This document shows positions 27,606 through 37,317 of a stretch of DNA of 64,000 nucleotides, in pieces. The stretch lies in NCBI GenBank assembly GCA_030059665.1, contig JANVYR010000001.1, positions 96,001 to 160,000 of the forward strand. Reading direction: 5' to 3'. Source of the DNA: Candidatus Calditenuis fumarioli. GTDB lineage: Archaea; Thermoproteota; Nitrososphaeria_A; Caldarchaeales; Calditenuaceae. The notes below the pieces were generated by a model that saw nothing but the letters and a program-made list of their open reading frames with translations, was not told where the DNA came from and did no database searches. The translations under genes were made by a program, and so were the position numbers. Position 1 is the stretch's first letter. Every line of letters starts with the position of its first letter.

Positions 27606-28841
27606 TCAGCCGGGCGGCTCCTCTCTACGCCGTGCAGGCTCCGGTCCCAACGTCCTCCGCAGGTACTCCTCGAAGGGGATCGGTGCGTTCCAAGAGACCA
27701 GAGCGGGGTCCGGGTCCTTCAGGTGGTGGCCGGTGGCTATGCAGACGTAAACCTCATCGCGTGCCAGGAAGCCCTCCTCCGCCCCCTTCTTCAGCAACGC
27801 TATAGGTGCGGCCCCAGCCGGCTCGGCCGCTATCCCCTCGGTGGTCGCCATGAGCCTCATCGCCTCCAGTATCTCTTCGTCGTCGACGCTGTAGATCCAA
27901 CCGTCTGAGCTTCTCACCGCTCTGACGGCCCTCATCCAGTTGACCGGCCTACCTATTCTTATCGCGGACGCAACCGTCTGCGGACTCTCGACCCAAACGG
28001 GTTCCTCAGAGCCCGTCGAGAACATCCTGGCGAGCGGTGCCGCGCCGGAGGACTGGACTCCGATCATCCTGGGGACCGCATCGGTCAGACCGTGATCTCT
28101 CAGCTCCTCGAAGCCCTTCCAGATCGCTGCGATGTTGCCAGCGTTCCCCACCGGGACAACCACGTTGAGCTCGAGCGAGCCGTTCAGCTGCTCCCAGATC
28201 TCGAAGGCCGCCGTCTTCTGGCCCTCCAGCCTCCAGGGGTTGACCGAATTGAGGACGTGGGCTCCGAGCTGCTCAGCACGATCCAGGACGATCCTCAGCG
28301 CGTCGTCGAAGCTCCCCGAGACCTCGCAGATCGTCGCCCCGAAGAGCCTCGCCTGGAACAGCTTCCCCGACGCGATCCTCCCCTTGGGGATCAGGACGAC
28401 GCACTCGATGCCTGCCCTGGCAGCGTACGCGGCCAGCGATGCGGACGTGTTCCCGGTCGATGCGCAGATGACCCTCCTCGCACCGGCCTCGAGGGCTACG
28501 GTCACGCCGACGCTTATCCCTCTGTCCTTGAAGCTGCCCGTCGGGTTCATCCCCTCGAGCTTCACGTAGAGCTCTTTGACGCCAACGGCTTTTGCGAGCC
28601 GCTCGCACCTCACCAGCCTCGTCATCCCCTCGCCCATGCTGACAGGCTTTCCGAAATCGGGCAGAAGCTCCGCGTACCTCCACATGCTCATCACCCTTCC
28701 CTGGAGCCTCTCCCGGTCGAAGACCTCGTCGACCCTCACCACAACCTCGAGAAGACCACCGCACCGCTCGCAGAAGACCCTCCTGAGGCTGAACGGGTTC
28801 AGGTGACCGCAGGCGATGCACCTCAGCTCATACCGCTTCAC
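27606..28841 (-). CDS. thrC: Threonine synthase
   Basis: NPTGSFKDRG, CASTGNTSAS, PVGNAGN, TGHHLKDP. Confidence 0.93.
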   Translation of the reverse strand: MKRYELRCIACGHLNPFSLRRVFCERCGGLLEVVVRVDEVFDRERLQGRVMSMWRYAELLPDFGKPVSMGEGMTRLVRCERLAKAVGVKELYVKLEGMNPTGSFKDRGISVGVTVALEAGARRVICASTGNTSASLAAYAARAGIECVVLIPKGRIASGKLFQARLFGATICEVSGSFDDALRIVLDRAEQLGAHVLNSVNPWRLEGQKTAAFEIWEQLNGSLELNVVVPVGNAGNIAAIWKGFEELRDHGLTDAVPRMIGVQSSGAAPLARMFSTGSEEPVWVESPQTVASAIRIGRPVNWMRAVRAVRSSDGWIYSVDDEEILEAMRLMATTEGIAAEPAGAAPIALLKKGAEEGFLARDEVYVCIATGHHLKDPDPALVSWNAPIPFEEYLRRTLGPEPARRREEPPG

Positions 28842-28854
28842 GATCCGCAGCCCC

Positions 28855-29049
28855 TCAGCTCAGGATCGCCACGATCCCGGATAGGACCAGCAGCCCGCCC
28901 ACGAAGACCGTCAGCGCCGGAACGACCTCGCCGACCGCGTTGGGGACCGACGTGGCTCCGGCAATCACCGTAAGCCCCAGGTAGACCAGGATCGCGCCCA
29001 TCGCCTTCGCCAAGGCCCTCGCAGCCAGCCGCGCCCACCTGCCGGTCAA
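28855..29049 (-). CDS. Small two-TM membrane protein
   Basis: 64 aa with two hydrophobic helices, co-oriented 13 bp upstream of thrC. Confidence 0.5.
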   Translation of the reverse strand: MTGRWARLAARALAKAMGAILVYLGLTVIAGATSVPNAVGEVVPALTVFVGGLLVLSGIVAILS

Positions 29050-29252
29050 GAACCCACCGCCCCCTCCGCGCAGCCGCCTTCATTTGTATTTCATGGGGGT
29101 CGCTGAAGCCCGTAATAACGGGGGACAGAGGCCCTAGCCCGGAACCTCCAGGTACCCGAGACGACCGGAGCACCCGCCAACCCGATCACGGGACCGCGCC
29201 TCTGGGGTGGACTAGTCAACGATATGAGCAGGTCGACAGATCAATTCTCAGG

Positions 29253-30488
29253 TTGTCGAGGAGGCTGGAACCCGAGGTCGTCAGGGCTGACTTCCCCATC
29301 TTCAGCGACCCGAGGTGGAGGGACCTGATCTACCTGGACAACGCCGCGACCACGCAGAAGCCGAGACAGGTCCTTGAAGCGATAACCGAGTACTACTCCC
29401 GCCTGAACGCGAACGTCCACAGGGGCGTTTACGAGCTGAGCGTTGAGGCGACTGAGGTCTACGAGCGATCGAGGCGCAGGGTTGCCGAGTTCATCGGAGC
29501 TCGGAGCTGGAGGGAGGTCGTCTTCACCAGGGGCACGACGGAGTCGATCAACCTGGTTGCCTACGCATGGGCCCTCAGGAACCTGAGGAAGGGCGACAAG
29601 GTCGTGGTGACCGAGATGGAGCACCACAGCAACGTAGTTCCTTGGCAGCTCGTCTGCTCCCTGACTGGAGCAACCCTAAGCTACCTGCCCGTGACCGACG
29701 ACGGGTACCTCGACCTCTCGTCCCTCGACGCTCACCTCAAGGGTGCCAGGGTCTTCGCTTTCACATACGCATCCAACGTCTTGGGGACCATCAACCCAGT
29801 GAGGGAGCTGGTCAAGGCGGCGAGGGAGCACGGAGCCGTCACGGTCGTCGACGCGGCCCAGTACGTCCCCCACGCTCCAGTCAACGTCTCCGATATCGGA
29901 TGCGACTTCCTCGCCTTCTCGGGTCACAAGATGTGCGGCCCGATGGGCATTGGCGTCCTCTACGGCCGGAGGGAGCTGCTGGAGGAGATGGAGCCGTTCC
30001 AGGGAGGCGGGGAGATGATCAGGGAGGTGAGGTTCGACGGCTCGAGCTGGAACGAGGTGCCCTGGAAGTTCGAGGCGGGAACACCTAACGTCGAGGGCGC
30101 TGTTGGCATCGCGGCCGCGATCGACTACCTCTCCCAGTTCGGGATGGACCAGGTCAGGTCTCACGATTTGAGGCTGACGGAGAAGGCTCTGGAGGTCCTC
30201 GCGGAGGTGCCGAAGATCCGCATCGTCGGCCCCGAGAGCGCCAGGGACAGGTGCGGTCTGGTCTCCTTCACGCTCGCCGACATACACCCGCACGACCTCG
30301 CCGAGTTCCTCGATCGGAGGTTCAGGATCGCCGTGAGGGCCGGGCACCACTGCGCCATGCCTCTCCACACGAGGCTCGGCCTCACCGCTACGACCAGGGC
30401 CAGCTTCTACCTCTACAACTCGGAGCAGGAGGTGGAGGTTCTGGCGAGAGCCCTCAGGGAGGCCCTCTCGTACTTCAGGGCCGCTTGA
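29253..30488 (+). CDS. sufS: Cysteine desulfurase, SufS class
   Basis: YLDNAATTQKP, EHHSN, FSGHKM, EAGTP, RAGHHCA. Confidence 0.95.
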   Translation: MSRRLEPEVVRADFPIFSDPRWRDLIYLDNAATTQKPRQVLEAITEYYSRLNANVHRGVYELSVEATEVYERSRRRVAEFIGARSWREVVFTRGTTESINLVAYAWALRNLRKGDKVVVTEMEHHSNVVPWQLVCSLTGATLSYLPVTDDGYLDLSSLDAHLKGARVFAFTYASNVLGTINPVRELVKAAREHGAVTVVDAAQYVPHAPVNVSDIGCDFLAFSGHKMCGPMGIGVLYGRRELLEEMEPFQGGGEMIREVRFDGSSWNEVPWKFEAGTPNVEGAVGIAAAIDYLSQFGMDQVRSHDLRLTEKALEVLAEVPKIRIVGPESARDRCGLVSFTLADIHPHDLAEFLDRRFRIAVRAGHHCAMPLHTRLGLTATTRASFYLYNSEQEVEVLARALREALSYFRAA

Positions 30489-30526
30489 GGATGAAGCTAA
30501 ATGCGGGACACGGGCGAGTTGAGGCG

Positions 30527-30904
30527 ATGAGGAGGGTCGTGCTTACGGAAAGGGCTCCGAGGCCCGTCGGTCCGTACTCGCAGGCGATCGTCGCCAACGG
30601 CTTCGTCTTCGTCGCGGGCCAGGTCCCTATAGATCCCGAGACCGGGAGGGTCGTCGAGGGAGGGATCAGGGAGCAGACGAGGAGGGTTCTGGAGAACGTG
30701 AGGGCCGTCCTCGAGGCGGCCGGTTCCTCGCTGGAGAAGGTCGTGAAGGTAAACGTCTACCTGAAGCGCGCGGAGGACTTCGCCGCAATGAACGAGGTCT
30801 ACTCGCAGTACTTTCCTCGTGAGCCACCCGCAAGGACGACGGTCGTCGCTGGGATGGTGAGGGACGAGTTCCTGATCGAGGTGGACGTGATAGCCGTCGC
30901 ATGA
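30527..30904 (+). CDS. ridA: RidA/YjgF/UK114 reactive-intermediate deaminase
   Basis: GPYSQA, VAGQVP, F.AMNEVY, PARTTV, IEVD. Confidence 0.93.
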   Translation: MRRVVLTERAPRPVGPYSQAIVANGFVFVAGQVPIDPETGRVVEGGIREQTRRVLENVRAVLEAAGSSLEKVVKVNVYLKRAEDFAAMNEVYSQYFPREPPARTTVVAGMVRDEFLIEVDVIAVA

Positions 30905-30923
30905 GTCTGTGTGCTGATGTGAC

Positions 30924-31418
30924 ATGAGCCCTCTACCCTCGCTACTGCAGATTGTCGAGCTGGTTGTTGCTGCGGTAGTCCTGGCTGTGGTGCTGATTTC
31001 CATCAGGCTCCTGGTCAGGAGGATAGAGCGGCACTACCCCGACGCGAGCAAGCTGTACTACTTCATCACCAGCATCGTCGTTATAACAGCAATAGCAATC
31101 GCAGCCTACCGTTACGGGCTCGTCGACCTGCTGGTGGGTTCGCTCACGGCCATCGGCGCTATGGGAGTGGTGCTGGGCCTGGGGCTCGTTCCGTGGGTGA
31201 GCGACGTTTACGCAGGCCTCATGCTGATGCTCAACCCTCACATCAAGATCGGCACCGAGGTCGAGGTCGCAGGGAAGAGGGGCAGGATAATCCTGATCAC
31301 GCTGACGACAACGCGCATCGCAGGCGACGACTGCATCATCATCGTCCCCAACCGGAAGTTCCGGGACGAGATCGTCGTGATCTACGGCACAAAGCCTTCC
31401 GAGAGGACCTTCCTCTGA
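30924..31418 (+). CDS. Small MscS-like channel protein
   Basis: Three TM segments followed by a beta domain with GTEVEV and IIVPN. Confidence 0.75.
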   Translation: MSPLPSLLQIVELVVAAVVLAVVLISIRLLVRRIERHYPDASKLYYFITSIVVITAIAIAAYRYGLVDLLVGSLTAIGAMGVVLGLGLVPWVSDVYAGLMLMLNPHIKIGTEVEVAGKRGRIILITLTTTRIAGDDCIIIVPNRKFRDEIVVIYGTKPSERTFL

Positions 31419-31419
31419 C

Positions 31420-31737
31420 TCAGTACCTCATGATCTGGACGTGCTTGACGCCCCCCACGTCCCTGCACGCCCTTTCGGGGACGAGGCCCTCCCTCACGGC
31501 CCTTCCGACCACGCCGTTCCCCACGAGGTTCACGATGGTGACCTGCGCTATGAGCGACCTGACCTCCTCCCAGCTCGCGAGCCTGCCCATGTAGAAGCTC
31601 TCCGAGACGAGGACCTCGAAGCCGTCGGCCACCTTCAGCCTCCTACCGAGCAGGTCCCTGTCGCAGGCCGCCAGGATGATTTCGCCCGTGTAGGAGTGGT
31701 GGACCTTCATCCAGTACTTCTCGTCGCCTTCGTCCAC
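31420..31737 (-). CDS. DUF424 family protein
   Basis: LAACD.DLLG, ESFY.G, IVNLVG, HVQI. Confidence 0.85.
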   Translation of the reverse strand: MDEGDEKYWMKVHHSYTGEIILAACDRDLLGRRLKVADGFEVLVSESFYMGRLASWEEVRSLIAQVTIVNLVGNGVVGRAVREGLVPERACRDVGGVKHVQIMRY

Positions 31738-31761
31738 GCAATTCGAGGGCCCGAGTGACGT

Positions 31762-32340
31762 TTAACCTTGCACCTGTCCGGTCTCCTCTGGAGCCCCTCC
31801 GAATCTCCTCCTCTCGCGGAGGAAGGCGAGGCTGATGGCAACGGCTACCCCCCAGAATGCACCCATCACCAGCATCGTCACCAAAACCGAGTTCAGGAAC
31901 CCCTGGAGGTTCTCCAGCACCGTGATCGGGACGTTGATCAGGTATGTCCCGTTGCTCCCGGAGACCGCGATTCCGGCGACGTACCTGCCTGGTCGTTCGA
32001 GGACCAGCTCCGCCTTGAAGATCCCGTTGGCAACCCTGACGGGCCTCGTGAAGTTGACGGGCCTCAATCCGTCGGTGACGACGACGTACGCCGTGACCTC
32101 CGCGGGCCTCCCCTGAAGGTCGCTGATCACCGCGGTCACCCGGAACCTCTCACCCGCCTTCGGCTCGTTGGGCTCCAGGAGGACCTGCACCCTGTACTCT
32201 CCCACCTGCCTCGCGACGCAGACGAGCTGGCTGAACTCGTAGACCCTGAAGTCTGGCGGGCTGTAATTCTCGGCCGCGAGCGATGGCTGGAGCGCAACCG
32301 CAGTTATCAGCAGGGCAACTGCTAGCGCCCGGTGGTTCAT
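31762..32340 (-). CDS. Exported Ig-like protein with C-terminal membrane anchor (YtkA/FixH-like, tentative)
   Basis: Signal peptide, beta-rich core and C-terminal TM; overlaps the SCO stop. Confidence 0.6.
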   Translation of the reverse strand: MNHRALAVALLITAVALQPSLAAENYSPPDFRVYEFSQLVCVARQVGEYRVQVLLEPNEPKAGERFRVTAVISDLQGRPAEVTAYVVVTDGLRPVNFTRPVRVANGIFKAELVLERPGRYVAGIAVSGSNGTYLINVPITVLENLQGFLNSVLVTMLVMGAFWGVAVAISLAFLRERRRFGGAPEETGQVQG

Positions 32341-33011
32341 TGCGAGATCAGCCATCGGGCCGCATCGACGTACTCCTTTTCATCCATTTCCGGCGTCAGC
32401 GCGAGCCTCAGACTGTGGCCCCTGTCGGCACCGAGCACCCAGGAGAAGTGGCTGACGAAGTACCTCGTTCCGGGTGGGAGCTCCTCCGGGTTGACCGGGT
32501 TGCCCTTCTCGTCGGTGTAGTACACGGGCACCTTGTACTCCGCGATGATTTGGAAGATCTTCTCCTTCGGACCGGTGAGGGCTATGATCCTCGGATCGAA
32601 GTACCTGTTCACCCAGTCCCTCAGGGCCTCTGGCGTGTCGCGCCACGGGTCGACAGATACGAAGACGAAGGCTATCTTGTCGGCGTCAGCACCCAGCGCG
32701 TTCAAGGTCTTGGTGAACTTCTGCAGGACCACCGGGCAGACGTCGGGACAGTTGGTGTAACCGAAGTAGATCAGGACCGCCTTCCCCTTCACCATGTCCA
32801 GATTGAAGGGCCTGCCGTACTGGTCCGTCAGCTCCAGCGGCGGAAGCGTTCCGCCCTCCAGCTTTATGGTCGGCTGATATTTGGAACCGGCTCCGGAGAT
32901 CGACGGGATCCCGTAATTCCAGATCACAAGCCCGACGACCAGGCCCACAACTACCGCCAGGAAACCCCAGAGGTACGTCTTGGAGAGGCCCTTGGTCTTG
33001 AGGGCAGCCAT
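32337..33011 (-). CDS. SCO1/SenC copper chaperone
   Basis: FGYTNCPDVCP (CxxxC), VDPWRD, conserved His (VSHF), N-terminal TM. Confidence 0.92.
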   Translation of the reverse strand: MAALKTKGLSKTYLWGFLAVVVGLVVGLVIWNYGIPSISGAGSKYQPTIKLEGGTLPPLELTDQYGRPFNLDMVKGKAVLIYFGYTNCPDVCPVVLQKFTKTLNALGADADKIAFVFVSVDPWRDTPEALRDWVNRYFDPRIIALTGPKEKIFQIIAEYKVPVYYTDEKGNPVNPEELPPGTRYFVSHFSWVLGADRGHSLRLALTPEMDEKEYVDAARWLISQ

Positions 33012-33048
33012 CTGAGTCTCAATCGACTGCGGAGTTGTTAACGATAAC

Positions 33049-33582
33049 TCAGCTACCCTGAGGTGCCTGCCCACTGCGCTCAGAGATGAGCCTCAGGACG
33101 AGGTCCACCGCCTCCCTCGGCGTCTCTGCAGCGTGGACCAGCACCGTTCTCCGCTGGTCGAGATATCTCCCCGCGTACTCGTCCGCAACGCCCCCGGAAC
33201 CCTTCAGCGCCACGATGGGTTTGCCCTCTATGTAGGCGGCTGCGATCTCGGAGAGCGTGCCCGCCCCTCCGCCGACGACGATGACCCCATCGGCCGAGTA
33301 GACGTTGACGAAGTTCCGGAGGTGCCCGATCCCCGTCGCCACTACCACGGTGCTGTATGGGTTGGCCTGGCTCGCGTCCTTCTGCGGTATGATCGAGACC
33401 GTGATCCCTCCGGCCTCGTAGGCTCCCTTGCTCGCCGCCTCCATCACGCCGCCGAGCCCTCCTGTTATCAGCACAGCGCCCCTCAGGGCCACCTCCCTGC
33501 CCACCTCGTACGCGAGCCTCCAGGCCCTCTCGTCGCAGGCGTCGCGGTTGTAACCGATCACCAGTATCTGCTTCCTCCTCAT
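33049..33582 (-). CDS. LOG/TIGR00725 family Rossmann-fold protein
   Basis: TGGLGGVMEA, RNFVN, GGGAGTLSEI. Confidence 0.88.
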   Translation of the reverse strand: MRRKQILVIGYNRDACDERAWRLAYEVGREVALRGAVLITGGLGGVMEAASKGAYEAGGITVSIIPQKDASQANPYSTVVVATGIGHLRNFVNVYSADGVIVVGGGAGTLSEIAAAYIEGKPIVALKGSGGVADEYAGRYLDQRRTVLVHAAETPREAVDLVLRLISERSGQAPQGS

Positions 33583-33688
33583 CCCGGTCCGCGGATCCCT
33601 GACCCGGAGAAAAATGCAACCCGGTCGGCCGCCATGGGAGCGCGGCTCACGACAACTACATATCCGTGCCGGGATCCCATACGTCCGG

Positions 33689-34126
33689 ATGCCAACGAGG
33701 TTCAGGAAGGTGAGGAAGCGCAGGGGATCGCGGACGTACGGCTGGGGTCAGATAGGGCAGCACAGGAAGCACGGCGCGAAGGGAGGGCGCGGCAACGCGG
33801 GGAAGCACAAGCACAAGTGGACCTACGTCATCAAGTACGAGCCGGACCACTTCGGCGAGAAGGGTTTCGTGCCGCCGACGCGGAGGGAGCTGAGGGAGAT
33901 CAACCTCACGGAGCTGTCTGCGATCGCGGAGCGCCTCTCCCGTGACCCCAACGCTCCGAGGGACGAGGAGGGGAGGCTCGTGGTGGACCTGAGGGGCCCG
34001 GAACCCGTCAAGCTCATCGGCTCGGGCGTCCTCCACGTCTCAGGCCTGAAGGTGATCGCCGACTCCTGGAGCAAGGGCGCGGAGGAGAAGCTGAGGGCAG
34101 CGGGATCTGTCGTCTCGGTGAGGTAG
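33689..34126 (+). CDS. rpl15: 50S ribosomal protein uL15
   Basis: RKRRGSRTYGWG, GGRGNAG, FGEKGF, INL.EL. Confidence 0.95.
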   Translation: MPTRFRKVRKRRGSRTYGWGQIGQHRKHGAKGGRGNAGKHKHKWTYVIKYEPDHFGEKGFVPPTRRELREINLTELSAIAERLSRDPNAPRDEEGRLVVDLRGPEPVKLIGSGVLHVSGLKVIADSWSKGAEEKLRAAGSVVSVR

Positions 34127-34129
34127 GGC

Positions 34130-35569
34130 TTGTCGGAGGAGAAGGGCGGGCTGAGGAGGATCGTCGAGGCGCTGACCTATGCGATCCCCGAGATCAAGAA
34201 GCCGACGAGGAAGCTCGGGCTCGGCGAGAAGCTGCTCTGGACCGCTCTGGTGCTGATCGTCTACGAGTCGATGGCCTCCGTCACCCTCTACGGCCTCCCC
34301 CGTGAGTTCACCGGCGGCACCAGTCCAACGCTGCTCAACATCATCTTCGCATCCAGCGTCGGGACGCTGACGACCCTCGGGATAGGGCCGATCGTCACGG
34401 CAGGTCTGATACTCCAGCTGCTGGTGGGAGCGGAGATCATCAGGCTCGACCTGAAGAAGCCCGAGGACAGGAGGCTCTTCACGTCCGCGAGCAGGCTCCT
34501 GACCGTCGTGATAGCGCTCTTCCAAGGAGCGGTCTACGTCTACGCGGGCTTCTTCGGCAACGTGAGCCCCAACGTAGCCCCACTGCTCTTCGTCCAGCTG
34601 GTGGCTGCCACCGTGATAATCATGCTGCTGGACGAGACGGTCCAGAAATGGGGCCTCGGGAGCGGGATATCGCTCTTCATCGCAGCCGGGGTCGCGAGCC
34701 AGATCTTCAACGACCTCTTCTCGCCCTTCGTCCTCCAGGACGGTTTCTACCACGGAGTGATCCTCGCGATGGGTCAGGCGATAGCGGAGGGGAAGCCGCT
34801 TAGCGACGTCTTCATCAGGCAGGTCGGAGGCAGGGGCGACATACTCGGGCTGATATCGACCGTCGCGATCATAGCGCTGCTGCTCTACGCGGAGGGCGTC
34901 CGGGTCGAGATACCGGTCTCGCACGCGAGGTTCGCGGGATACAGGGGGACCTACCCGGTGAAGCTACTCTACGTCTCGAACGTCCCCGTCATCCTCGCCT
35001 CCACCGTCTTCACGAACATCTACTACCTCTCATCGATCGTCTGGTCGAGGTTCAACCCGGACAACTCCAACCAGATCCTGAACCTGCTCGGGACCTTCCG
35101 GATCGACGAGACGCACAGGACTCCAGTTCCCACCGGCGGACTAGCGTACTACGTGATCGGCCCCAACTCGTTCACCGACGCGGTGGCGGACCCGGTGAGG
35201 GCCGCGGTCTTCGCGGTGCTGATGGTGGGCTTCTGCGTCCTCCTCGGCAAGTTCTGGATCTCCGTCGCAGGCCTCGCACCGGAGCGGATAGCGGACCAGC
35301 TGATCAGCGCTGGGATGCAGGTCCCGGGCTTCAGGAGGGCACCCGAGATAGTCGCCTCCATCATCAGGAGGTACATCGACGTGGTCACCATCATCGGATC
35401 GGTCATCGTAGGTCTGCTGGCAAGCGTGGCGGGGTACGTCAACGCCTTCGGCACCGGAACCGGCCTGCTCCTGATGATCGGCATCCTTTACCAGTACTAC
35501 ACGCTGCTCCTGAGGGAGAGGATCGTCGAGATGTACCCGGCGATATCGAGGGTTCTGGGTGAGGCCTGA
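34130..35569 (+). CDS. secY: Preprotein translocase SecY
   Basis: LGIGPIVTAG, GLGSGISLFIA, YVSNVPVIL, VPGFR, GTGLLL. Confidence 0.97.
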   Translation: MSEEKGGLRRIVEALTYAIPEIKKPTRKLGLGEKLLWTALVLIVYESMASVTLYGLPREFTGGTSPTLLNIIFASSVGTLTTLGIGPIVTAGLILQLLVGAEIIRLDLKKPEDRRLFTSASRLLTVVIALFQGAVYVYAGFFGNVSPNVAPLLFVQLVAATVIIMLLDETVQKWGLGSGISLFIAAGVASQIFNDLFSPFVLQDGFYHGVILAMGQAIAEGKPLSDVFIRQVGGRGDILGLISTVAIIALLLYAEGVRVEIPVSHARFAGYRGTYPVKLLYVSNVPVILASTVFTNIYYLSSIVWSRFNPDNSNQILNLLGTFRIDETHRTPVPTGGLAYYVIGPNSFTDAVADPVRAAVFAVLMVGFCVLLGKFWISVAGLAPERIADQLISAGMQVPGFRRAPEIVASIIRRYIDVVTIIGSVIVGLLASVAGYVNAFGTGTGLLLMIGILYQYYTLLLRERIVEMYPAISRVLGEA

Positions 35570-36081
35570 TGCCGATTGCTCCGCAGGCGATCGAGATAAT
35601 GGCCCTGACAGCGGCGCTCTCACTGGCGACGGCCCTCCTGAGGCGCATGGTCTTCACCCGGGAGGACATGCTCCTGATGGCGGAGGTTCAGGAGTACCAT
35701 AGGGAGGTGCTGAAGGCGGTGAGGGAGAAGGACCCGAAGGCCCTCCAGCGCCTGGAGAAGAGGAAGGAGTACTACCAGCGGGTCCAGGCGAGGCTGATGG
35801 GGAAGAACGTGATGCTGATGTTCGCGACGCTCGCCATTTACTTGGGCTTCCTGAGCTGGGCGACGGCCCACTACGGAACCGGTCCCATCCTGAGGGCACC
35901 TCCGGGCTTCTACCTGCCCTTCGTCGTGCACGGGGACGGCATACCTTTCTTCGGCTGGTACATACTCTCGGCCTTCGCCTTCGGTACCCTGCTGAATAGG
36001 GTTATCAATCCGCCGGTCCAGACCTCCCGAAGGCAGCCAGCTCGGGGTGAGAGGGTTGCCGAGCAGAAGGCTGAGGGTTAG
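35569..36081 (+). CDS. DUF106 / EMC3-TMCO1 (Oxa1 superfamily) membrane protein
   Basis: TM, coiled coil, TM, TM with FGWYIL; conserved position after secY. Confidence 0.8.
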   Translation: MPIAPQAIEIMALTAALSLATALLRRMVFTREDMLLMAEVQEYHREVLKAVREKDPKALQRLEKRKEYYQRVQARLMGKNVMLMFATLAIYLGFLSWATAHYGTGPILRAPPGFYLPFVVHGDGIPFFGWYILSAFAFGTLLNRVINPPVQTSRRQPARGERVAEQKAEG

Positions 36082-36340
36082 GAAGGGGATCAGGCGCGTC
36101 TTCGTCAGGACGCCCGGCGGCAGGACCGTCGTCCACTACGAGGACAAGAGGCCCAACTTCAGGCGATGCGCCGTCTGCGGAGAGGTGCTCCACGGCATCA
36201 GGCGCGACGACGAGCGGCCCCTTCCCAAGTCGCAGAAGAGGGTGAGCCGCTACCACGGCGGCAACGTCTGCCACCGCTGCCTCGAATCCAGGATAAGGGA
36301 AGTCGTGATGGCCGAGTGGGCCGCTCAGACGTCGAAGTAG
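36047..36340 (+). CDS. rpl34e: 50S ribosomal protein eL34
   Basis: RTPGGR, CxxC, SQKRVSRYHGGNVCHRC. Confidence 0.93.
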   Translation: MRGLPSRRLRVRKGIRRVFVRTPGGRTVVHYEDKRPNFRRCAVCGEVLHGIRRDDERPLPKSQKRVSRYHGGNVCHRCLESRIREVVMAEWAAQTSK

Positions 36341-36912
36341 TACCTGACCGCCGTGAGGACGAGCCTCAGCACCTCCTCCTTCCCCAGCCTCGTCGAGTCC
36401 AGCACCAGGTGGAAGGGGCTGAGGTCTTCCCCCCATCGTATCCCGTAAAGGCGCTGGTACAGCTCCCTGTTCCGGGCCTCTCGCTCCGTCAGTACCCTCA
36501 GCGCCTCCTCGTAAGCGAAGCGACCCCTCTTGGCGAGACGCCTCGCCCTCGTCTCGAGCTCGGCCTTAAGCCAGATCTTGAAGCCGTCCTGCACGAGCCA
36601 AGGTATCACCCATCCGTCGATGACCGCGGGCCCCTCCCTCGCTATCTGGATCAGCTCCTCATCGACCTTCCTGTCGAACTCGAAGTTCTCCTCCCGCATC
36701 CTGAGGAACCTCATCCCCTCCTCCGTGTCCCACCACTTCCTCCCCTTCGCGTTGAAGCCCATCTTCCTCGCCAGCCTCATCAGCGCGTCCCCTCCCGAGT
36801 AGTACGGGATACCGAGGCGTCTGGCCAAGGCCCGTCCTAGCGTGCTCTTCCCCGTCGCCGCCTGCCCGGAGATCAGCACCAGCAACCTCTCCCTCCTCGA
36901 TCCCACGACCAA
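36325..36912 (-). CDS. cmk: Cytidylate kinase (archaeal type)
   Basis: ISGQAATGKST, DRKVD, RY..LYGI, DST. Confidence 0.88.
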   Translation of the reverse strand: MVVGSRRERLLVLISGQAATGKSTLGRALARRLGIPYYSGGDALMRLARKMGFNAKGRKWWDTEEGMRFLRMREENFEFDRKVDEELIQIAREGPAVIDGWVIPWLVQDGFKIWLKAELETRARRLAKRGRFAYEEALRVLTEREARNRELYQRLYGIRWGEDLSPFHLVLDSTRLGKEEVLRLVLTAVRYYFDV

Positions 36913-37041
36913 CCCTCCTCGGGCCGGTGTTCAGGTCGTCGGCAAAATAGACTTAGCAGCCCACCAGCAACCTCTCCCGGTCTTCCGTCCCTTTGAATCC
37001 GTGACGGTCGCGACCTGCCTGTGAGGCGCGCGTAATCTGGA

Positions 37042-37317
37042 TCAGATCTCCAGGCCGAAGGCCCTCACAAGCCTATCGAAGCGCTGGAACTCCTCGACGA
37101 ACCGCACGCCCTTGTCGGTCACGTGGAAGAGCGTGGGGTCGTTCTGGTGACGGCCCAGAAGGCCCTTCGCGACGAGCTCCTCGAGGTAGCGCTGGAGCCT
37201 GTCGTAGGGGAGGTTAGCGTCCCGCATGATCGTGGTGATCCTCGCGTGCCCTTCGCTCATCACCGCGTTCAGGATGTCGTAGTAGATCCTCACCCGCGAG
37301 CGGTAGGCCCTCCTCAA
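37042..37317 (-). CDS. Winged-helix DNA-binding protein (DUF4364-like)
   Basis: YRSR.RIYYDIL, ANL.Y, VTDKG.RF. Confidence 0.8.
   Translation of the reverse strand: MRRAYRSRVRIYYDILNAVMSEGHARITTIMRDANLPYDRLQRYLEELVAKGLLGRHQNDPTLFHVTDKGVRFVEEFQRFDRLVRAFGLEI

Noticed and set aside
29170-29207. Resemblance of CACCCG...CCCGATCACGG and GCGCCTCTGGG to 5S rRNA segments
   Set aside because: Spacing and length are incompatible with a ~120-nt 5S fold.
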